This document shows, piece by piece, positions 36,690 to 48,264 of a DNA stretch of 64,000 nucleotides; within the stretch, counting starts at the first letter, position 1, and each line of letters begins with the position of its first letter. A model generated the notes under the pieces. The model ran no database searches, was not told the DNA's origin, and saw only the letters and a program-made list of their open reading frames with translations. Made by a program: the position numbers and the translations under genes. This DNA comes from Mobula hypostoma (taxonomy: Eukaryota), in the NCBI RefSeq assembly GCF_963921235.1, contig NC_086097.1, forward strand, positions 62,808,001 through 62,872,000, written 5' to 3'.

Positions 36690-37107
36690 CACAAAAATGA
36701 AAGATGCACTGCAGGGTCCATTATTAAAGACCTCCAGCATGCAGGGCAAGCACTTTTCTCATTGTTACCATCGGGTAGGAGGTACAGAAGCCTGAAGGCA
36801 CATGCTCAGTGATTCAGGAACAGCTTCGTCCCCTCTGCCATCCAATTCCGAAATGGACCTTGAAGCTTTGGACACTACCTCACTTTTTTTAATATACAGT
36901 ATTTCTGCTTTTGCACATTTTGTTAATAATCTATTCAATATATGTAATTGATTTACTTGTTTATTTATTATGTTTTACTTAATTTATTACTATTATTTTC
37001 TCTCTCTCCCTCTCTCTGCTATTTTATGTATTGCATTGAACTGCTGCTACTAAGTTAACAAATTTCACGTCACATGCCGGTGATAATAAATCTGATTCTG
37101 ATTCTGA
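36690..37107 (+). mobile_element. Rex1/Babar 3' end, (ATTCTG)n tail; same subfamily as 60994-61456
   Basis: SIIKDLQH..LLPSGRRYRSLKAH..FRNSF; shares its 3' UTR with 60994-61456. Confidence 0.9.
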
Positions 37108-38991
37108 TATGGCAAATGCAGTAAAGCATCTGCGGGTGCTAGTCTCAATTTCCTTGCACAAAACTGACACCATTTCTACCATGCGAACTGAAGTTTTGAG
37201 TCATTTGCAAGCAAAATACTTCCTTCGCTTGAGCTCCTGCACTGATAATAAAAGCTTCAATGAGCAGCAGAAGCAAAACCCTGCCATCGAGCCAACAAGG
37301 AAGACCGAGGGACAGTTCAGGGTATAGAGTGAGATCAGGGAGTTTGAAAACTTTATTTAACTTATCTGTGGTGTACTAAAGCATGCAGAATTTTGTTTGT
37401 CCTGCTCTGGAGAGATATAAAAGTTGCAGTTGCGTGCAAAGTAAAACAGATAAACTAAAATATGTTGCATGCATAAAATATTGGACTGTACATTTTCCTA
37501 TTACAAATACTTACATGGTGAAAGGAGTTATGACTAACATTAGGCATTAATATTTTATGACTAACAGTCCTGTCAGCACTAATATATCAATGCACTACTC
37601 TGAAAGCATGTTTGCTCAATACACTTCTGAAAAATTATCTTTATTGTCAATATTTATGTATAATAATAGTGTCAAAATCAAGAGCAACGTTAACATTTGC
37701 GTGTCTTACTGTCACGTTAGACTAGTGCAAATGAGAAACACTTTGTGCTGCTGCCTTGTGGTAGATATCTCCGGGATAACTATTTCCAGCAAATCGCTGC
37801 CTGAATCCTCCAGTGCCTGCTTCCTAAATCAGTCTAAGTCTCTAGAGCCTCATTAGTCTCCTAATCTTCTACAGCCTTTAACAGCTGGGATCTATGATCA
37901 TTATCATTGGTCACAAACTGTGCCATTTTAAAAACCTGGGGGAACTTCACTTTAACACTCAAATATATCATAATTGTGTAAATTTGCATAAAGAGATTTC
38001 TCACTGCTTCTCATGAGGTATGCACATTTAACTGAGCTTACCAATAAAAACTGAGTGGTAGGTTTAAACATAATCTGATCTAGAGGGGGCTAGGCGATCG
38101 TGGTAGGCAGCTAGGCACCAGGACCTGAAGACTAAGGGATTGAGGTCGAGGATTGGTCAGTAAATTAATCAGGGATTGGATCAGATGAATGATGGATGAT
38201 GACCTCTTCTGTCAGAAGAGGAATTGTGGGCCACAACTGGTAACTCAAAGAATTGATATTAGTAGGTGGCAGGTGGAGGACAGGAATGGGATTAGTTGAG
38301 TTGCATCGGACCAGGACTGGTGGGTTGAAGAGCTAAGGCCTGGAATGGAGGATAGATGGATTGGGACTAGGCTGGTAATGTGACCCCAATACCTACTACT
38401 GTAGCCACCATGTAATCAGGTAATCATTGGCCATCCAAAAATTTCCCTTTAACTTGCCCAAGCAGGCAATCCTCAGTATCAGATATGCTCACAATTTTCT
38501 AACACACTTTATATATCATGAACATTAAACCCATAACATTCCAATATTTTTGTCAAATATATTAGAAAATAGTCACATGGTTTACAAGGCATGGATAATT
38601 ACAGAGAATCTAGATGCATGAGTGAGTGTGTGGGGAGTTAAATGGATGACAAATAAGAGTAATAGTTTTAATTCTTTAAAATCCTGCCATACACATACTC
38701 AGCTTCAGCGTGTCATATTTATATTTTACAAGGTGATTAATGTTATGTTTTGTAGCTCCAGAAGCTAATCAAAAGTAAAACACCCAGGACCCGGGATGTC
38801 TTTTGGTCACTTGCAACTGTAGTTTTTCTTTAGTGAGACTCTGACATCTGACGTGGTGGCATGATGACGTGTGTCATTCACGTACTTCTTACATACAACC
38901 CGTAATGGATTATGTAAATAAAGAATGCTTAATCCAAAAAAAACTTACAATATTACTCAATTATTACTGAAATATTAAATACACTACACTC

Positions 38992-41140
38992 TTATTGGCT
39001 GAAGAAACTAACAGCATTACATACATACATGGCTGGCAGTTCAAATGAGCCAGCTGCTTGAAGCAGGCTCCTCCACCCCCTGACTAGCTAACTTAAGGAA
39101 GGACAGTACTCATAATGACGGATCCTCTCAAAGGAGCAACACCGTCAAACTACCAGCCTATAACCTGCCTGTCGGTGACATGGAAGCTCCTATCAAGCAT
39201 CATAGCCATCGAGCTGAAGAAAAGTGCGTAAATACCAGAAGCTCCAAGCACCAACTACCGGTAGACAAAGCAGTAATGCAAGAGCCCAAGACCAGACAAA
39301 CCAATCTAAGCACAGCCTGGATTGAATACCAGAAAGCATACAATGAAATGCCCACACATGGATCCTAGAATGCCTGTCTCTGTACAAGGTCAACAAGAAA
39401 CTAAGGACCTTCATCAAGAACTCAGTGGGCCATTGGAGAACAAAGCTAGCACAGGTCAACCTTTACTAATCCGACTACCTGTAATCCGGTTCCTTCGAAA
39501 TCTGGCACTGATTATGTTTAATGTGATCCTTCTGTAATTCGGCATTTTCACTAATCGGGCACTCCTCAGATCCCAATGGTGCCGGATTAATGAAGGTCGA
39601 CCTGTAGTTAACTCAAAGCCAACAACACAAGTGACGATCAGATGTGGAATATACCAGGGTGATGCACTATCCCCACTGCTGCTCTGCATAGGCTTGAACC
39701 CCCTCAGCCAGATCATCTCAGATGGGTGGATATGGATACAGGTTCAAGAGTGGAGTGACCATCAGCTACCTCCTGTACATGGACGACATCAAGCTGTATG
39801 CCAGAGATGAAAGAGACATTGACTCACTAATCCATCTGACAAGGGTGTACAGCAGAGACATCGGGATGTAATTTGGACTGTAGAAGTACAGCCGGGTGGT
39901 AGTGAAAAAGGCAAACCCATCAAGACTGAAGGAGTTGAGTTACCTGACAACCACATATCAGATGTACAGGACAGTTACAAATACCTGGGGATCCTGCAGA
40001 CGCATGGAAACCATGATGAGGACACAAAGAAGGCTGCAACATCCAAGTACCTCTAAAGAGTGAGACAGGTCCTCAAAAGCCAGATGAATGGGAAGAACGA
40101 GATCAGAGCTATCAACTGTGTCAAGGGCACAGTCCTGGAAGAAATGCAGAAGATCCATGGGTAGGTCAGGAAGATGGCCCCCAAGAACAACCTGCTAGAA
40201 GAATACCTCAGACGGTAGACAAGGGATCTGGAAATGGAAGTGGGTGAAGCAGAGCCAGAGGACCAGAGGCCATGGCAAGACAAGCCACTGCGCGGGATGT
40301 ACCATCACCAGATATCAGCGGTGCCTGACATAAGAAAGACCTACCAATGGCTGGAAATGGCAGGGCTGAGGGACAGCACAGAGGTGCTGCTCATGGCTGC
40401 ACAAGAATAGGCGTTGAGCACAAGAGTAATAGTAGCAGGGGTCTATCACGCCAGACAAGATCCAAGATGCAGATTATGCAAGGAATCCGCTGAACCATCC
40501 ATCACGTTGTAGCAGGGTGCAAGATGCAGACAGGGAAATCATACACTGAGCAGCACTACCAAGCTGCAGGAATTGTGTACAGGAACATCTGCACTGAGTA
40601 TGGATTGGACACTCACAAGTAGTGGAGAATAATAGCTAAGATCCTGTCGGACTTCCAAATACAAAATACAAAATACAAAAACAAATACAAATACAAATAC
40701 AAAAAGAAAAGCAGGTACTGGCAAACCAACCGGACATAGTAATACTGGATAAGGAACAGAAGAAAGCGATAGTAATAGACGGGGCAATCCCAATTGACAG
40801 TAACATCAGGAAGAAAGAATATGAGAAGCAAGAGAAATACCAGGGCTTGAAAGAGCAGGTAGAAAGGATGTGGAAGGTTAAAATCAGAATAATCCCAGTG
40901 TTGATAGGAGTAGTTGGAGCTGTGACATCTGGACTGGGAGAGTGACTCTAACAAATCCCAAGAACAACATCTGAGGTCTCGGTCCAGAAGAGCGCACTAC
41001 TAGGGGGAGCAAGGATTCTGCGCTGAGCCCTCAATCTCCCAGGCCTCTGGTAGAGGACCCAAGGCTGAGGGAAAATACACGTACACACCATAAGGGGGAG
41101 AAGAAATATAAAAAAAAATCATATATATAAATATATATAT
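38992..41140 (+). mobile_element. R4/Dong (Rex6-like) non-LTR element, 5'-truncated: RT + CCHC knuckle + restriction-like endonuclease
   Basis: YWLKKLTALH, NYQPITCL, GIYQGDALSPLL, LLYMDDIKLY, CRLCKES..HVVAGC, NQPDIVILDK..IVIDGAIP..KEYEKQEKY. (TA)n-rich tail. Confidence 0.92.
40657..40705 (+). repeat. (CAAATA/CAAAATA)n microsatellite inside the R4 endonuclease coding region
   Basis: caaatacaaaatacaaaatacaaaaacaaatacaaatacaaatacaaa follows DFQIQ codons. Confidence 0.85.
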
Positions 41141-43149
41141 TTAAATTGCTGTTGAGAATTTCATATTCTTGTGGGATACCAACTTTTCTGACACGGGAGG
41201 TTGTCACTCTGCTAGGCAGGTAAGACTGGCAGCTGGGGTTCTGGGGCCTGCTCTATGGTGGTTGCAGGAATTGACTCTGGGACTATAGGAAGTGGTTCTG
41301 ACAGTTCTGACCACTTCTGCTTTCCTCAATGATCGATGTGTCCTTCTCCAGATGACATCAAATACAATCTCCACCGATGAGGAGAGTGGTTGAGTTTTGT
41401 CCTTAATCTTTCCAAGTACCCACTTTTGATTACCCCTGTAGTCTCACTCCAGGACTGTCTGGGAGTGAAACATCGAACCTCCTTGTTTGAGAAGCCCTCA
41501 ATTTGACTCAGCTATTTGTCCTGCATTATCCTTCTGAGACTGGATTTGAGGAGATCCAAGTGTGAGCACAAGGGATGACCCAGGAACAGCTGATTTGTAG
41601 AGTGTACTGCATTGCGACATGCAAGGAAGAAAACTGGCAGATTTCTGATTCAGTGTCAGTGTAGTGTGTTCTGCTGACAGTGCTCGCAGTGTGTTCCTTA
41701 AACTTTGGACGGGTGGGGTGAATCAGATTGGGTCTAGTCCTGCTCTGCGTTCTCTGAAAAGTAGCCATACAGAAGACTATGCCACCTAGGTAGGGGGATA
41801 GGCACTTTGGCTTTAAATAACAGTCTGTTTAAAAGTGTCTATTATAGTATAAATAGGGAACTTGGAAATAACTTCTGAGAGTTTACTACACAGTGAAAGT
41901 CTAGGTATGAGGAAAGTGTTTGTAACTTGCTGCTTTGCCCATTTATCTGATGTAGTGCAATGCCGATGAATCATACTTTACAACTCATTCTCCCTGCATT
42001 TGCAGTAAAGGATAAAGCATGTCCTTTTAATGAGGAGCTATAGTCTAATGACACTGAGATCTCAAGTGCCAACCAGATCTGAGCCAGATGCCAGCTTTAA
42101 ATGGTTTAAAATTCCCATGATAACAGCCCAGCATTTCTTTGGTGAATGCTCTTCTCAATGTCCCAAGGTCTGGCCCCTTTAGCAACAAAATTCTGAGGAA
42201 GTCTGCCCTTAGGCTATTCAAGATCAGTAAACTGCTTGTCCTGCACTTCAAACAGTCATGATAGCTTGCTATTGCCCTAACCCACAGTAGTTCTCAATCT
42301 CACAATAGCTTCCGACAGGAGGAATGCTGAACAAATCACAAACTGAAATACTTGTATAACCTTTAAAGGAGCCACATTTACACATGACTGAGAAGCAATA
42401 TCACACCCACTAGAATCACTACAGCCACAAATGTTTAAGTTTTGGTTTTAAGGGCAGTGAATCTTTTTCTTCATCCTTTATATTTAGATTTTTGCTACAA
42501 TTTTCTTACAAGCCCCTTTTTGAGATCAATCATTTGAAAGCTCAAAGACATGTACTTTTTTTATATCAGGGAACGCATCTCAAATTTTTGCCAATTTTTT
42601 ACAAGCATGGGTAAAATCAATATGGATAAGTATAGCTTCCTGCTCTGAATTTCATTCTCATCATTGTAATGCCTGTGTGTTTTAAGGAAAAAATATTGGA
42701 CAATTCAAATGGTTGGCATTCAGGAGTTACTGTAGGAATAGTTTATTAGTGAGGATGGGTTTTGATTTGATTTCTTACAAGATATACTACTGATTTTGCT
42801 CTCACTGCAGTGGAGAAGATTTGGAGGGTAATTTTCAACCTGCCAATAATACTCTTTAATAATTTATGGAAAACATGATAAATGTCTGCATTAAGTTGCA
42901 AGTTGGTGTGTTCTTACAGTTCAATGGCAAATATGGCATATATAGCAGAATGACGCACAGGATTAATCTTACCAATAAACTGCTGCATCAGTTTGTGACT
43001 GCTGCAGAGACAATGCAGCTGAATTATACTTACATTGAACTTTGGTTAGAAAAACAAAGCTTTTGTTCATTGAGACATCACCACCGGAAACATCGTCGTC
43101 CGTCTCCTCTCATCCCTCAATGACTCCTTGACTCACTCTTTCATATCAA

Positions 43150-43350
43150 CCACCCACTCATCTTCTCATGAAACCTTCCCATTGCAACCCCAGCAGGTTC
43201 AGCTCTCCTTTTGGCTTCCTCTTTTCCCAACATTCCAAGACCTAAATGTTCTTTTCAGGTGAAGCAGTGATTCACATGTAGCTCTTCCAATCTACTGAAC
43301 TGCATTTGGAGCTGACAGTCTGTTTTCCCTACATTGGAGAAACCAAATGA
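43150..43350 (+). mobile_element. Penelope GIY-YIG region fragment
   Basis: FQVKQ*FTC...FPYIGETK, homologous to 13470-13570. Confidence 0.7.
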
Positions 43351-43439
43351 GCTTCATTCGCCCCATCACTGAACTGGACTCACTTTCAAGGACTGTTCAA
43401 CTCATGTTCTCAATACTTATTGCTTATACATTTACTTTT

Positions 43440-44600
43440 ATTTATAAAAGCACTCAGCTCAAGCAGGTAAAACCTGAAGTGCGGGCATAACTAAACATGA
43501 TCATTCCTCGATTGCTAGGATCTTTTGGACTATTCTGGTGGCATTTAGTATTGTGGCTTTCTGAAAATTTACATGGATATTGCTGTGTAGCACTAATTGT
43601 TTAATGCTATTGTGTAGTGCTTTTGTGGTGATACCAGTTGTAGATATTATATTGGGACAATGTATACCCTGTTCATGTTCTAAAGTCCTTCAATTTCCTC
43701 TTTAAATTCAGCATATTTCCAGTGTTTTTCAATTGTTGGTTTCTGTAAGTTATGTATGTTTGTACTAGCTATGTCTATTAAGTAAGTTGTTCTTGCTTGT
43801 TTCTCCTGTATTATTATATCAGGACGGTTATTATGGATTTTCCTATCTGTAATAACAGATCAGTCATAACATTATTTGTAATATTCTGACTCTAAAACTA
43901 CATCAGGCTCGTATTTATAGTAAAGTGTGATTTCTTTTATGAGTTTGTATTTTAAAGCAAGATTTTGACGAATGATGTTTGCCACTTGATTATGACTGTG
44001 TAAGTAATCAGATTGTCTTAAACTGCTACAGGATTCTGGAATGTGTTGAATTGCTTCTGGTTTTCCTTGGTATTTTCTACACTCATCATCTTGAATTTGA
44101 TGGTCTTTTCTGCAGTTTTGATCATTTTTTTTGTTAACCTCCTGGTCCCGTATTGCCACAGGGAACTTTTCTGCTTCTGGGAAGAGGTCTCCAACTCTGA
44201 GCCAGGTGCTCGACACATCCTTGTCAACATTTAGTCTGCTCAGATCATGGGGGTGTCTTCGATGGAGGGTCATGCACTTCCATTGGTTAACTTTTTTCTT
44301 TAATAGTGATAATTTCTTCATTTTTCTGCGTTGATCTCTCTTTTAAATTCAGTGGTGCTTACATCTTATCAGAATCATATATGCTCATGAGAAGTGCTGA
44401 ATCCTGTTTTCGTTGATGAAAATATATCCTCAGAAATTTTATCTGACTGTTGTGTAGATTTTTAATGTCTGCTGTTCCTTTTCCTCCTTCTGTCCTCAGT
44501 AATATTAGTCTAAGCGCATTCAAGTGTATGCAATGTTTTCTGAAATTTGTCACTTCAGTTCCTATTTTCTTTATAAATTTTCCAGATCAATTTCAGATCA
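43440..44600 (-). mobile_element. Second, AT-rich R4/Dong-clade element 3' fragment (CCHC + RLE)
   Basis: LFPEAEKFPVAIRDQ, CRKY..EAIQHIPESC..DYLHSHNQVA, YKYEPDVVLESEYYKL, HNNRPDIII..LIDIA, QKATILN. Confidence 0.88.
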
Positions 44601-44869
44601 TGATAATATGTCTAAAGAATACATTCATGTTCTATGTTACGTCTATTTCTGTCTCTGCAGATGCTGCTTAATGTTCTGGGTGTTTGTGAGTTGCAGTGAC
44701 TGTAGTATTCTCCATTTCACAGTTCTAGAATTGATGGTTCTCTTCGTCATGTGTACCTATTAATATCCAATCAGATCACTGATGACTAACAAGCTTTCTG
44801 CACCCTCATTCTGCTAATACCATTTACATCATATTCCCTTTTGGTCTCCTCCACAATTCAGATATGTGT

Positions 44870-45530
44870 TTATTCTCTCCATTCCTCCTCCTTCATTATA
44901 AATTAATGCATGCTTCTTTGCCAGCTTTGCCAAGTTCATCAACATGAAGCATTAACCAACACTGCCCCCTTCTCTTCTAGCTGTAATGAATGGTCTCAGC
45001 CCAAAACATTGACTATTTATCCCCCCTCCCCCAGATGCTACCTGACCAGCTTAACTCCTCCAGCATTTTGTGTCTTTCAAGATTTCCAACATCTACAGAA
45101 TCTCTCTAGTGGTGATTTACCAGCATTTTCTAGTTTTTTTCCAGTTCTCTTGATTGAAACTAGATTGGGGGGCTCATCTACAACTCATACAATCCAATGG
45201 AATTTCAATCCAAGCAGAGGAAATTAAAATCCTTCCTAAATAATGAAAAATCACTTCAGACCAGTTACAGTTAGATTTGCAACAAATGAGAGTCTGGATA
45301 TTCTGGGAATATATCCTCATTGAATTATCTTATTACACTGCAAAATATTCAAATTCAAGAGAAACAACCTACTGGAAGAACTTAGCAGGTCAAGTAGCTT
45401 CTATGAGGGGAAAGAAATAGTTAGTGTTTAGGGTCAACCTCTGCTTCAGGATCACAGTTGCTCCTCAGCCTAGTGAGATCCTCCAGCAGATTACATGTTG
45501 TTCCATCTCCAGCATCTGCAATCTCATGTG
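44870..45530. mobile_element. Two decayed Penelope pLTR-end fragments (one + end at ~44870-45110, one palindromic at ~45360-45530)
   Basis: Similarity to the 'gatgctgcctgacctgctgagttcctccagcatttt' end and to the 'tttccagcatctgcagaat' extension. Confidence 0.6.
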
Positions 45531-45624
45531 TTCACATGTTTAGATTCTATTTTCATCCAAAAAGTTGCATTATTATCATTCCCTATAATGATAAGCTGAC
45601 ATAATCATAAATAAATAGAATCCC

Positions 45625-46517
45625 AACATAAGAGATTCCGTAGATTTTGGAAATCCAGAGCAGCACACACAAAATAGAGAAAGGTGAGTTTCTTCCCCAT
45701 TAATCTCCCTCCTGGCACTTATCCCTGCAAATAGAACAAGTTCTTTGCCTACCTATTGACCTCCTCCCTTACCTCCATTCAGGGCCCCAAACAGTCCTTC
45801 CAGGTGAGGCAACACTTCACCTGTTAATCTATTGGGGTCTTCGACTGTATCCAGTGCTCCCAACTTGGCCTCCTCTTCATTGATGAGGTCCGTCTTAGTT
45901 TGGGAGACTGCTTTATCGACCACCTTCACTCCACCTGTAATAAGCAGGATTTCCCAGTGACCAACCATTTTAATTCCAATCCATTCCCATTCTGACATGT
46001 TGGTCTATAGCTCCCTCTACTGCCACAATAAGGCCACTCTCAGACTGCAAAGCAACACTTCATATTCCATCTGGATAGCCTCCAACATGATGGCATGAAC
46101 GTCGATTTCTCTAACTTTCAGTAATTTTTCCCACTCTGCTTCCCTCTTCATCCATTCTCCACTCTGGCTGCCCTCTCACCTCTCCTCTTCCCCTCACCTG
46201 CTAATCACATCGCCCTAGTGCCCTTCCTCCTTCCCTTTCTTCCATGGTCCACTTTCCTCTCTTATCAAAAGCCTTTTTCTACAGCCCTTTACCTTTTTCA
46301 CCTGTCACCTCTCTGCTTCCTGTTTCCTCCCCCACCCACCTGGCTTCAACCATTATCTTCTAGCTTGTACTACTTCCTTTCCCCTCACATTCTTATTCTG
46401 GCTCCTTCTCCTTTCCAGTCCTGCTGAAAGGTCTCAGCCCAGAATGTCAATTATTCATTCATTTCCATAGATGCTGCTTGCCCTGCTGAGTTCCTCCAGC
46501 ATTTTGTGCATGTTGCT
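45625..46517 (+). mobile_element. Penelope 3' part (Cys linker + GIY-YIG + pLTR) preceded by a short inverted end
   Basis: GTYPCK*NK, FQVRQHFTC; decayed hammerhead at 46416-46453; inverted tail at 45625-45675. Confidence 0.85.
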
Positions 46518-46651
46518 AAGAATCCCAGCAACTTTCTTCTTCTGGGACCTTGTACCAAATTAGACAGAACACAATTTATTCACAGAAGTTACTATGTTAG
46601 CAACCCTGCAAGATTTTTCATTTATAAAGTTAATTGCTGCAATCAACGTGG

Positions 46652-46822
46652 AGACACAAGAGATTCTACAGATGCTGGAAATGTAGAGCAACACACACAA
46701 AATGCTGGAGGAATTCAGCAGGTCCAGTCCTGCAGAAGAGTCTCGGCCCAGAATGCCGACTGTTCGTCTCCCTCCATAGATGCTGCATGATCCACTGAAT
46801 TGCTCCACCATTTTGTGCAACG
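46652..46822. mobile_element. Penelope-derived palindromic mini-element with a decayed hammerhead (46725-46762)
   Basis: CACAAAATGCTGGAGGAATTCAG ... CTGAATTGCTCCACCATTTTGTG inverted arms. Confidence 0.8.
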
Positions 46823-47060
46823 ATATTGAGATAAAGAGTGAACATGAACTACCAACAGGATTGGTCATAATCATATTGAATGCTCATGCAGATTCAAGAT
46901 ACTGTGTGGCCTACTCCAGATCTTTCTTCTGTTGCCTTCTCTACTTTTGTTCTACAATTGGCTGTCAGTATATACTGCCAGATCGCCATTCAGATAGTGA
47001 AGGGAAAATGACGATATTACCTTCAGAAAGGAGACTTTTGGAATTATCTGAAAGACTTAC

Positions 47061-47177
47061 GTTCTGTTTTCCAGAATCACAAGATGTTCCAAGCGCCTTA
47101 TACCAAGAGAGTATTTATGACATAGAGTTATTGTTGAATTAAAGGGAACGAGAAGTAAATTTATAAATGATGAATTT
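47061..47177 (-). other. Candidate internal exon (117 nt, symmetric phase 2) of an unidentified transcript
   Basis: Acceptor TTTTCTGGCCTCTTTTTGGTTCTTACAG, donor AAC|GTAAGT, exactly one open frame (NSSFINLLLVPFNSTITLCHKYSLGIRRLEHLVILENR). No homology recognised. Confidence 0.35.
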
Positions 47178-47784
47178 CTGTAAGAACCAAAAAGAGGCCA
47201 GAAAATAAGCATTAGAGACTTAAAACTGATTGGTATCCTGGATCTACTAGCCCTCACTCTGGCTCTTAAATAATATAGTGGTGGTAATGTTGGATGTGTT
47301 ATTTGTAATTACCAAAATTTCCTCAGTTCTAGTGAAATCCGAAGATCAGAAAACCCTAAAGATAACACCACTATGCAAGACCAGAAGGAAGAAATTACAA
47401 GGCAGTTAAGTCTGACTGTGAAAATATACTGTAATACCAATATATTGATAGGGTAGATGCTGAGGGGTTGGTTCATCCCATTTGGGGTATTTAGAACCAA
47501 GAGCCATAGTTTCAGACTAATTTTCTTCCCAAGTTTTTTGTAGGTGGAGTCTTCAAATATATTCAAGGTGGAGATTAGCATATCTAAACATTTGTTTAAA
47601 ACGGCACTTATGACAGGAAGGACAAGCAAAAGAGCAAAGAGGAGAAAAGTGATGTTGAGGCCAACTTTTTGTCAGCCATCATCTTACTGAATAGTTGAAC
47701 AGGCTCGAGAAGGCATCTCCCTCTCATGTTTCTTTTGACTACAGGACGAATGCTGTCCAGCAAACTGGAAACCAATCTCGTCTC

Positions 47785-47985
47785 CTTTGAACAATGTCAT
47801 GGGGATTTTTCACAATGACTGAAATGAGCAAGCATGAGCCTCTGGTTACTATCTCATTTTCACTTCTGACATTGAAGCTCTACCTCAAAACTGCACCATG
47901 AAGTACATCTTCATTATACACTCCAATTCCACAACACAACATTCTAACATGGAAGTGAGAATGATACCACTGTGTCACAACTGGC
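47785..47985 (-). mobile_element. Ancient DeuSINE-like (SacSINE1/AmnSINE-like) relic
   Basis: Degenerate similarity by eye: 'aatgtcatggggattttt', 'gagcctctggttactatctcat', 'ctacctcaaaactgcac', 'gagaatgataccactg'. Confidence 0.4.
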
Positions 47986-48251
47986 AAAGTGTACATAATT
48001 CCACCCTCTGGAAATGAGTCTCAAAAATGGAGATGTTCATTGTTCACTGCTTTTGTATATAATTACATCTAGGTCATTTCTTAAGAGATATGGAAACATT
48101 TGACTCTTAATCAGATTGTGAACTACTGAAGTGTCATAATGCAGTGTTATTCACTTACACACAAAGCAAGTCTGAAATTCTCTGACCTGCATCAAAATCC
48201 ACACAGTAATTAATGAGATTGCACAGCCTGACATTATTGGTTGAATGCTTT

Positions 48252-48264
48252 GTTGCTTAGCAAC
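48252..48264. promoter_or_regulatory. RFX X-box-like palindrome GTTGCTTAGCAAC in unique sequence
   Basis: Palindromic RFX-type motif with nearby TAATTAAT (~48208) and CACCTG (~48272). Confidence 0.35.

Larger units (their letters stand above)
38741..41712 (-). mobile_element. Gypsy element 3' remnant: integrase C-terminus (41141-41712) and LTR (38741-38988), separated by an R4/Dong insertion
   Basis: LACRNAVHST..LFLGHPLCSHLDLLK..DYRGNQKWVLGKI..VIWRR. LTR TGTTATGT...ACACTACA. Assignment of the LTR to the same element is inferred. Confidence 0.7.

Noticed and set aside
42045..42251. 68-aa minus-strand ORF as a terminal exon in phase with the 47061-47177 candidate
   Set aside because: The acceptor lacks a polypyrimidine tract, no homology was recognised, and phase compatibility is a 1-in-3 coincidence.
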